Below, in pieces: positions 45,985 through 52,244 of a DNA stretch of 52,244 bases (positions are counted from its first letter, which is position 1; the number at the start of each line of letters is the position of its first letter). The DNA is from a virus (lineage: Duplodnaviria; Caudoviricetes). The stretch is taken from positions 1 to 52,244 of IMG/VR virus record IMGVR_UViG_3300033143_001356; one strand, 5' to 3'. The notes below the pieces were generated by a model. That model was not told the origin of the DNA and did no database searches. It saw only the letters and a program-made list of their open reading frames with translations. Made by a program: the position numbers and the translations under genes.

Positions 45985-46730
45985 TGAAATACATGGGCAG
46001 TAAAAGACGACTTGCGAAACATATAGCCCCGATTATCCAAGGGTTTATTGATTCAGCACAAGCCAAAACATATATCGAACCGTTTGTCGGCGGTGCAAAC
46101 ATGATAGAACACATCGAATGCGAACACCGTATTGGTACTGATTCACACCGCTATCTAATCGCATTACTAAAAGCCGTGCAGGGTGGCTACTGCCCGCCTA
46201 AGTTTGTAACGGAAACATTGTACCACCTTATTAAGAATCACCCTGACGGCTATCCTGACGAACTGGTGGGCTTTGTAGGGTTTGGCTGTTCGTATTCCGG
46301 CAAGTGGTGGGGTGGTTATGCCCGTAACGTAAGAAAAGACGCGCCAAACGCAGATGTTTTAAACCGAACAACACGAAACTACTGCGATGACAGCCGACGA
46401 AATATCTTAAAGCAGTTTAATGCGATACAAGGGGTTGACTTTCATTGCCAATCGTATCTCGATACTTTTCGACACAAAAACGCTGTTATCTATTGTGACC
46501 CACCATATCAGGGCGCAACCGCATACAAAGCAAAGTTCAGTCATACCGAATTCTGGAGCTGGTGTCGTTTGCAAGCTGTTGACAATACTGTTCTGGTGTC
46601 TGAATACGTTGCGCCAAGTTTCTGTACTCAGCTATTATGGCAAAAGGAAATAACGTCAAGCCTCACAAAGAATACAGGTGCTAAAAAAGGCATCGAAAAA
46701 CTATTTTTAGTAAAAGGAGACAGATTATGA
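45984..46730 (+). CDS. N6-adenine DNA methyltransferase (D12/Dam-like class)
   Basis: KYMGSK, YIEPFVGG and IYCDPPY motifs. Start placed at ATG 45984. Confidence 0.9.
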   Translation: MKYMGSKRRLAKHIAPIIQGFIDSAQAKTYIEPFVGGANMIEHIECEHRIGTDSHRYLIALLKAVQGGYCPPKFVTETLYHLIKNHPDGYPDELVGFVGFGCSYSGKWWGGYARNVRKDAPNADVLNRTTRNYCDDSRRNILKQFNAIQGVDFHCQSYLDTFRHKNAVIYCDPPYQGATAYKAKFSHTEFWSWCRLQAVDNTVLVSEYVAPSFCTQLLWQKEITSSLTKNTGAKKGIEKLFLVKGDRL

Positions 46731-46891
46731 GATGGTACACAAAAAAAGAGATCGCCGTCCTTGCTGGCGTATCAGAGAATACAGTAGCATCAATGGTAGA
46801 AAGAGGTGATTTACCGAAGAACTTCGGCCCTTGGACTAACCCTAAACGGTATCCAGCCGATGAAGTTGATGAGTTACTTGGAATTCTATAG
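46727..46891 (+). CDS. Excisionase/AlpA-like HTH DNA-binding protein (54 aa)
   Basis: MRWYTKKEIAVLAGVSENTVASMVERGDLP...RY...EVDELL*; AAGGAG RBS; manual translation. Confidence 0.72.
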   Translation: MRWYTKKEIAVLAGVSENTVASMVERGDLPKNFGPWTNPKRYPADEVDELLGIL

Positions 46892-46936
46892 GAGAAAAAG
46901 TCTGAAAGGCAAGAAATAATACCCCTCCTCCACTCT

Positions 46937-46975
46937 GGGCGCTGGCTTTCCCACGGTCAGCGCCCTACTTCTTGG
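46937..46975 (+). terminator. Hairpin at the convergence of the two transcription directions
   Basis: GGGCGCTGGC...GTCAGCGCCC followed by TACTTCTT. Confidence 0.5.
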
Positions 46976-47023
46976 CCTCTTTCAGCCGTCACATTGTAAA
47001 GAACACCCGTCGCTTGCCCTGCT

Positions 47024-47242
47024 TTATGTATTGCTTTCGCAAGAGTTATGGTTTTCGGGGCTTGTGGGCGGGTCATCCATTTTCATAAGTGCTAATATTC
47101 CATCAACGCAATGTACATTCACTGCCATATTTATCTTTGGGAGTATCTCCATTACCTGCTCGTCAGGGACATCTTGTAAGCCAGCTTCGATGATCTGCTT
47201 GACCTCTTCTATTATTCGGGCTGCTATTAGTGTTGAAGTCAT
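47024..47242 (-). CDS. Hypothetical protein
   Basis: 72-aa ORF, last gene of the minus-strand block. Confidence 0.5.
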   Translation of the reverse strand: MTSTLIAARIIEEVKQIIEAGLQDVPDEQVMEILPKINMAVNVHCVDGILALMKMDDPPTSPENHNSCESNT

Positions 47243-47266
47243 TTGTTACCCCCATCTTATAGCCTT

Positions 47267-47434
47267 TTAGTTATTGGTTGTCCAGTCTGTAATTGCCTCT
47301 TGCCGTGTCTTCTTTATGCCGGATATTCGCCTGCATTTCTGACAGCGAACATAAAACTCTTCAGGCGCACGACCGCGAATCATAACTGCCCTGCCCTCGC
47401 AAGTGTCAAATCGACAATCAAGCGTCCTGCTCAT
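47267..47434 (-). CDS. Lar-like zinc-ribbon protein (55 aa)
   Basis: MSRTLDCRFDTCEG.A...YVRCQKC......T..EAI..W; GAGGA RBS; manual translation. Confidence 0.55.
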   Translation of the reverse strand: MSRTLDCRFDTCEGRAVMIRGRAPEEFYVRCQKCRRISGIKKTRQEAITDWTTNN

Positions 47435-47928
47435 TTTATTCCTCGAATAAATAACCGTCTCTCCCTGTAGTCAAGCTTTTTTACATCGGAAACATTACCA
47501 CTTATGGCTGGCTAAACCCGCGTGTCCCGCCACGCCGCAACCAGATATTCACTTGTAAGGCAACTGTCTTGCTACTAATATTCTGGCGCCTTCTGTGTTG
47601 ATCATGCTTGTTTTTGGCCTAATAACGCAATGGACCGGCGTTTTCAACCTAAAAACAAAGGCGCCTCTTGTTCTTGATCCTGTTCAAAACACCAGCAAGC
47701 AGCCTCCGAAGAGGCCGTTTGCCACGAATCACGCGAGTAACAGCCTATGCTCATTGAACACGTTTACCGGCGCGTCGTCGTTGCTGGTTAGCTGACAATG
47801 TACACGAATGAAAAAATCGCTTTTAACGACATGCACATCGGCCAGCTTATAGCCTTCGGAGGAAGGACTATACCATCGGTGGGAATGAGTTGAGGCCGCC
47901 TCTTAACGGTCGCCGATGGTTCATATTA

Positions 47929-48025
47929 TGAGGCAGGCAGGACTTACACCTGCGATAGTTACACTGTGTGTAGAGGTCAGGAGAGACCTTTCATGGCTTC
48001 GCTCGCTTCTCCATGCCGCTGCCTC
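47929..48025 (-). ncRNA. tRNA-like cloverleaf RNA (non-canonical)
   Basis: 7-bp acceptor GAGGCAG/CTGCCTC plus A; T-arm GCAGG-TGTAAGT-CCTGC; CATGG/CCATG arm; AGGTC-TCTCCT-GACCT arm; variable arm TACAC/GTGTA. Confidence 0.5.
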
Positions 48026-48040
48026 TATAATTTCAAAGAG

Positions 48041-48072
48041 CAAAAAACCCGCAATTCCGAAGACTTACGGGG
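48041..48072 (-). terminator. Intrinsic terminator with UUCG tetraloop
   Basis: CCCGTAAGTC-TTCG-GAATTGCGGG followed by T6. Confidence 0.75.
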
Positions 48073-48103
48073 CTTAACGGTTAGACCGCTAAGGATGTAC
48101 TAA

Positions 48104-48131
48104 AGTATAACACAAAATCAGGCAAAGTCAA
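48104..48131 (-). promoter_or_regulatory. Sigma70 promoter about 30 nt upstream of a terminator (small RNA unit)
   Basis: TTGACT-N16-TATACT with a TGn extension. Confidence 0.65.
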
Positions 48132-48153
48132 GCCAAATGCAAATCTTTTTTAT

Positions 48154-48516
48154 TTATTTTTCCGGCAGCGGGGGTATTGGCATGTAGAACTTAGGCTTGT
48201 AGCTATCTGGAGCACGGGCAACAAACCACCTTTTACCTACAAAGTCGTAAGCACCCAATGGATAGCCGTTTGTTGTCATAGGCCACATCAAAAAATCCTT
48301 CGAGAATCTTTCGGTTTCTTTCTCCGGCATCGTCGCTGCTGTGATGGGTATCCAGAGAGAGGGGCGGGTGTTCCATGCGATAGCTGCGTTTTCAACGGAA
48401 TCATAAAGACCTGTTGACACTTCACATCTAACACACTCAACAAGATGGGCATGTAGCTGGATAGATTTAGACTTAGCTGCGCCTTTGCACAGCGGACACG
48501 GTTTCAATTCATTCAT
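48154..48516 (-). CDS. Lar-family restriction-alleviation-like protein with a DUF551-like C-terminus
   Basis: MNELKPCPLC.G.A...C..C...A..AWNTR, then WIP...P and YMPIPPLP. Start placed at 48516. Confidence 0.72.
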   Translation of the reverse strand: MNELKPCPLCKGAAKSKSIQLHAHLVECVRCEVSTGLYDSVENAAIAWNTRPSLWIPITAATMPEKETERFSKDFLMWPMTTNGYPLGAYDFVGKRWFVARAPDSYKPKFYMPIPPLPEK

Positions 48517-48529
48517 CTTGTTTTCCTTT

Positions 48530-49000
48530 CTAAAAATTAGTCCTTGCAAACTCGCCGTAATTCTCTTTTGCTACCTCATCGTAAGCTTTGGCTGCTTTGA
48601 TTAAGCAGAAATACTCACCCAAGTACCTCCCTTTTCCGTTTATTTTTATCTGTGCGCGCCATTTTTTTGCTTGTTTACTCCAACACACGCCTTTGTATCC
48701 ACTTTTATTATTTCTCTGGATTTTACGGTTTGCCATATTCTGAGCATGGGTCGCGGTTCTCAAATTGAATCTCTGGTTATTTAGCCCGTTCCGGTCTCTA
48801 TGATCTGTTTTTTTTGACGAATTGCCTACAATAAGCCGGTGCATAAGCAAACCTTTGCCATTTGCTGTTCGTCTCACATATAACAACTGCCCTGTCGAAT
48901 GAGGGTGCCACTTCCACTGGTTCAGCCATTCAAAGTCTGCGTCATCTACTAAGGCAAATGTGTTTGAGTAAGTCGGGGTGCTAATGTCTATCTTCTTCAT
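48530..49000 (-). CDS. HNH endonuclease with AP2 domain
   Basis: ALVDDAD, MHRLI, DHRDRNGLNNQRFNLR, SGYKGV, W.AQI and AAKAYD...GEFA..N motifs. Confidence 0.9.
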   Translation of the reverse strand: MKKIDISTPTYSNTFALVDDADFEWLNQWKWHPHSTGQLLYVRRTANGKGLLMHRLIVGNSSKKTDHRDRNGLNNQRFNLRTATHAQNMANRKIQRNNKSGYKGVCWSKQAKKWRAQIKINGKGRYLGEYFCLIKAAKAYDEVAKENYGEFARTNF

Positions 49001-49090
49001 AATACTACTCCTGTAATAGTTCCTGAAATAAAGTACGGAAGAGCGATTCAGGATGTATCGCCTTTTCGGGGGCTACCCTATCCGCACTGT

Positions 49091-49119
49091 AATATATACT
49101 ACTCCGGCTCATTTGTCAA
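49091..49119 (-). promoter_or_regulatory. Sigma70-type promoter
   Basis: TTGACA-N17-TATATT. Confidence 0.6.
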
Positions 49120-49210
49120 GTCTTTTTTATTTTGATTGAGGGCTTGGTGTGCCTTACATTCAGTACAATCACTTTCTATACCAATAGCGTTATTAAGTCC
49201 ACGACAAGCC

Positions 49211-49477
49211 TTACATTGTTCTCGCTAACGCCTCTCTCAACTGCTTGTTTTCAGCTTGGAGGTTATCCCCGCGTTCTTTTTCCTCACTATACAGCATACC
49301 AAGAGATTCTACGTCATGTTGTGCAACGTCCAGTGCTATGTCAAGAGGCTCTATGGGTTGCATTTCTTGGCCACAGTCGCCGCAATAGCGAGTTACGCAC
49401 TTGTCGTCACTGTCAAGCTCCCACGAAGAACCTCCGCAGGCCGGGCACTCTGTTGGGTATTTTACTTCTCTTTCCAT
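49211..49477 (-). CDS. Zinc-ribbon/coiled-coil protein
   Basis: CPACG...CGDCG. Confidence 0.6.
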   Translation of the reverse strand: MEREVKYPTECPACGGSSWELDSDDKCVTRYCGDCGQEMQPIEPLDIALDVAQHDVESLGMLYSEEKERGDNLQAENKQLREALARTM

Positions 49478-49887
49478 TATTCGTTCTCCTTTTCTCTCGC
49501 CTTACAAGCGGCGAGTATGTAATCAGCAGGGGTGGCGTGAAATACTATCCACCGCAATAGGTTGTGTTTTCTATGGTAATGAGAATTTGTCCAGATAATC
49601 CATAATTGTCTTACGACAGGGATTCCTGCTGTCCGTACCAGCTTCATCGCATTATCCCAGTTGATGTCGATAGGGTCGGGGATGGTGCAGCCATCCATTG
49701 GCACAGCATGAAGCGGGTCTAAGTCAGGAAAATCTCCTCGTTTAGGTAAGTCGTCTGCTGACATATAGCATTTCTTGCACCAAAAAACCCCTAATGCTCC
49801 TCCCGAAAGGCACTTATCATGCTTCCACGCATCAGGAAACAGTTTGGGAAACAGTTTTACTGCTCGTATTGCCAGTTCTTCTTTCAT
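49477..49887 (-). CDS. Hypothetical protein
   Basis: 136 aa; AGGAG RBS. Confidence 0.65.
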   Translation of the reverse strand: MKEELAIRAVKLFPKLFPDAWKHDKCLSGGALGVFWCKKCYMSADDLPKRGDFPDLDPLHAVPMDGCTIPDPIDINWDNAMKLVRTAGIPVVRQLWIIWTNSHYHRKHNLLRWIVFHATPADYILAACKAREKENE

Positions 49888-49890
49888 GGT

Positions 49891-50055
49891 TTACTCCTTA
49901 GACATAGTTGTTATTTCGTATAGTGATGAATGTTGGGCTGCGGTATCACCACAATGGGCATCGTAGGCGTATTTGTTTATATCAGCCAGTCTTTGTCTTA
50001 AAACCTTATTCTCTTTGGCCAAACTCTCTTTTGTGATAACTTTCAGTCTACTCAT
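49891..50055 (-). CDS. Small hypothetical protein (54 aa)
   Basis: MSRLKVITKESLAKENKVLRQRL...MSKE*; manual translation. Confidence 0.55.
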   Translation of the reverse strand: MSRLKVITKESLAKENKVLRQRLADINKYAYDAHCGDTAAQHSSLYEITTMSKE

Positions 50056-50080
50056 ATCTCGTCCTTTCTTCTTTCATGGT

Positions 50081-50386
50081 TTACTCCTGTAATCTTTCAA
50101 GCCAATCTTCTATTTCATGCCACGCGCCACAAGCACAAGGGCCTACAACAAAATCGCAAGCATCTGACGATGCGTTAAAAAACTTGCCTTGAAACTGTTC
50201 CGGCATAGGTATCATTCCGCTGTCTTTTTCTGCTTGAATCTCCCGCTTGCCTTTGAGTGCAGATTTTGCCGCCCTATACGCATACTTCAATAAAGTTAAT
50301 TTATCCTCATCTTCTGTTGCCTGATAAGCCTCGACAGTCATTATTGCCGCACCTTTGAGTTTTCTGATTTCGTAATTCTTACTCAT
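50081..50386 (-). CDS. Hypothetical protein
   Basis: C-terminal CD..VGPCACGAWH motif. Confidence 0.6.
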   Translation of the reverse strand: MSKNYEIRKLKGAAIMTVEAYQATEDEDKLTLLKYAYRAAKSALKGKREIQAEKDSGMIPMPEQFQGKFFNASSDACDFVVGPCACGAWHEIEDWLERLQE

Positions 50387-50397
50387 ATCTCGTCCTT

Positions 50398-50877
50398 TCA
50401 GTGGTTTAATTTTATATCCTCGATTAGTTTCCCCACTTCATACAGCCGTTGCGGGTGCATTTTATGATTCAAACACGTTATTTTGTATTCATCGGGGTAT
50501 ATCTCGTATCCACCTTCAGAGCAGTAGGGATTCCAAGGATTCTCGTTGCCCGTAATAAAGCACCCAGCGGCTCCCTTGGTATCGTAGTCACTAAAGCCTG
50601 CCTCTCGTAGCTTACACCAGAGTTCAGCCTTGTATCGCATTACAGCCTCTTGTTCGGGTGTTATCCAAGGGTGTTCAATAGTCTTCCATCTGTCAGGATG
50701 AGAATAGCTTATCTTCTTGAACCGTGGGCCGATGCCGAATTCAGACGACCAACTCCATCCATCCGAAAACACTGTTTCTTGATGGTAAAGAGGTTTAGAT
50801 ACTATAAGTATCACTGGAACTACAAGCCCTGTTTTAGCCCCTACCGCTCTTGAATCTGCAAATTTCCATACTATCAT
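50398..50877 (-). CDS. Circularly permuted NlpC/P60 (YiiX/YaeF-like) papain-fold enzyme
   Basis: His motif first (YHQETVFSDG), then YD..G and the catalytic YCSE motif, i.e. the permuted order. Confidence 0.6.
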   Translation of the reverse strand: MIVWKFADSRAVGAKTGLVVPVILIVSKPLYHQETVFSDGWSWSSEFGIGPRFKKISYSHPDRWKTIEHPWITPEQEAVMRYKAELWCKLREAGFSDYDTKGAAGCFITGNENPWNPYCSEGGYEIYPDEYKITCLNHKMHPQRLYEVGKLIEDIKLNH

Positions 50878-50887
50878 GTTCTTGCTC

Positions 50888-51118
50888 CTAAAGTCCTGTT
50901 ATTATCTCTACCGGCACAACCGGCACACGCTCGCCGATCTCGACGTACACCTCGTTAGGGTCTATTATCAGTACGGCATCGTCGATCTTATTGAAGACAC
51001 TGCCGTAGTACCAGCCGTGGCCCACGATAACCGTACAGCCTATACACCCCCACAGCGCAAGGCTTAGGGTTATAGCAAGTGTCCATGTTCGTAAGGGTAG
51101 GGTTAGTTTTGGTTTCAT
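50888..51118 (-). CDS. Small exported/lipoprotein-like protein
   Basis: Basic N-terminus, hydrophobic stretch, LWGC/IGC lipobox-like sequence. Confidence 0.45.
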   Translation of the reverse strand: MKPKLTLPLRTWTLAITLSLALWGCIGCTVIVGHGWYYGSVFNKIDDAVLIIDPNEVYVEIGERVPVVPVEIITGL

Positions 51119-51122
51119 TTGT

Positions 51123-51356
51123 CTATTCTCCTACGCTTGTTACGTCAAAATCTTTGAACCATCCACATTCAGGACAAGCATGGCATGTTGCAGAGAAACC
51201 GTTGGCTTCTATTTCGTCCACAGGATGATTGTTTACGATAACAGGTTCTACTTTTCCGTTTTCATAAGGTTCTTCATCTGGCTCAACACGCATACCAAAT
51301 ACACTTGTACTTGCCAAGACCAAGATGGTTCCGCATTTTTCGCATTTGTCATTCAT
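51123..51356 (-). CDS. Zinc-ribbon protein
   Basis: CEKCG...CPECG. Confidence 0.6.
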   Translation of the reverse strand: MNDKCEKCGTILVLASTSVFGMRVEPDEEPYENGKVEPVIVNNHPVDEIEANGFSATCHACPECGWFKDFDVTSVGE

Positions 51357-51365
51357 TCTATTCTC

Positions 51366-51674
51366 CTAAGGGATAATTATTTTATTTTCTTTCAATAGTA
51401 TATTCATTGTTCTCAGGCAGCCTTCGTAATGCAACTTTTGAGCTTCAATAACATTTTCACGACACAGCGGGCTTGATGTTCTCCCGTCACACCAATTATG
51501 GCAAGCACTACATCCCCACGCTCCGAATATATCAGGTACTTTCTGGCCTGTACCTACACCGAAAAGACGTTTATTGTTCAAATGGCATAGCACCACTGTT
51601 TCGTTATTGCCGTTACATACGCCCGGAATTCTGATCTGGCATTGACGGCCTTTGGCTTGTTTGCGTAGGTTCAT
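51366..51674 (-). CDS. DUF1364/YbcO-family putative nuclease
   Basis: LRKQAKGRQCQIRIPGVCNGN.ETVVLCH...G.GQK..D..GAWGCSACH...DGR. Start placed at 51674. Confidence 0.88.
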   Translation of the reverse strand: MNLRKQAKGRQCQIRIPGVCNGNNETVVLCHLNNKRLFGVGTGQKVPDIFGAWGCSACHNWCDGRTSSPLCRENVIEAQKLHYEGCLRTMNILLKENKIIIP

Positions 51675-52087
51675 AATTCTTCTACCTCCACTTTTACCGA
51701 TCCAAATGTTCCCCATCTTTTCTTTATCCGTTCGTCCGCTATTTGTCTGTCATCTTTCCAAAATATCCCATTCAGAGCATCTTCGACGAACTTAGCAAGG
51801 TTTGTAGCGTCTGGGTTATTAGCGTGATACTTGTTTGGTGCGGATTCTTTAAGCAAAGCACAATTCTTGCCTGTACGATAATGACTCTTAGGCCGAATAA
51901 ACGTAAACGTCAAACATACTTCCAATGGCCCCTTGAATAGCACGTCTGGGCGGTGCTGGTGGGCTAACGCAAGGAAATCGGCCTTGTCCCCTGCCGATGG
52001 GTCATAGTGCCCCTTAGAGCCTCCACGCCGCCTGTGCCGCTTCAAGGTCTTTGGGTTCCCGAATAGTTCAAATGTTATCTTTGCCAT
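51671..52087 (-). CDS. rusA: RusA-family Holliday junction resolvase
   Basis: F...RPKSH, PD..NL.K.VEDALNG..WKDD.QI and K.W motifs. Start placed at ATG 52087. Confidence 0.88.
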   Translation of the reverse strand: MAKITFELFGNPKTLKRHRRRGGSKGHYDPSAGDKADFLALAHQHRPDVLFKGPLEVCLTFTFIRPKSHYRTGKNCALLKESAPNKYHANNPDATNLAKFVEDALNGIFWKDDRQIADERIKKRWGTFGSVKVEVEEL

Positions 52088-52130
52088 TACTCCTCCTCTG
52101 CTTTCAACGCTTCTTTCTTGGTTCTTGAAT

Positions 52131-52244
52131 ATCCGCAATCAGGGCATTTCAAGCATTCAATCAACTTAGCCTTTCCGCTGGGCGATATAGTGCAGAGAGT
52201 ATCATTACCTACAAAGTCAGGGTATCCGTCAAGTTCATCCAGTA
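52131..52244. repeat. Terminal direct repeat, right copy
   Basis: Identical to 1-114. Confidence 0.97.

Noticed and set aside
45984-46730. Assigning GATC specificity (dam) to the methyltransferase
   Set aside because: The catalytic motifs define the class but not the target, and I could not count site frequencies reliably by eye.

Overview
The window is a complete, circularly permuted genome (about 52.1 kb) of a tailed dsDNA phage with podovirus-like architecture. Bases 1-114 are repeated at 52131-52244, and one ORF reads in frame across the join. Nearly all genes are on the minus strand, apart from a plus-strand early block at 43.2-46.9 kb. Recognisable modules are replication (YdaU/DUF1376-type initiator plus DnaC-like loader), recombination and accessory genes (RusA, DUF1364, NinB-like, ssDNA annealing, YopX, Lar-like, HNH nucleases, adenine methylase) and morphogenesis (TerS, portal, scaffold, capsid, two paralogous decoration proteins, adaptor, nozzle, ejection proteins, a displaced TerL, beta-helix tailspike). 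I found no integrase, DNA polymerase or canonical endolysin. The main finding is an eight-enzyme nonulosonic-acid (pseudaminic-acid-like) synthesis, activation and transfer cluster at 24.5-31.2 kb, translationally coupled into the middle of the virion operon. The outward-facing structural proteins around it are strongly enriched in a D-x-S/T motif: about 55-65% of Asp residues, against about 14% in the major capsid protein. Together these suggest a phage-encoded system that glycosylates its own virion with a sialic-acid-like sugar at a D-x-S/T sequon; this is inference and untested. Secondary findings are a candidate trans-acting small-RNA antiterminator of the late operon, twin palindromic operators, a non-canonical tRNA-like cloverleaf within a structured non-coding array, attenuator-like leaders and duplicated gene-junction cassettes. 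All family calls come from motif recognition by eye, with no database search, and all counts are manual.
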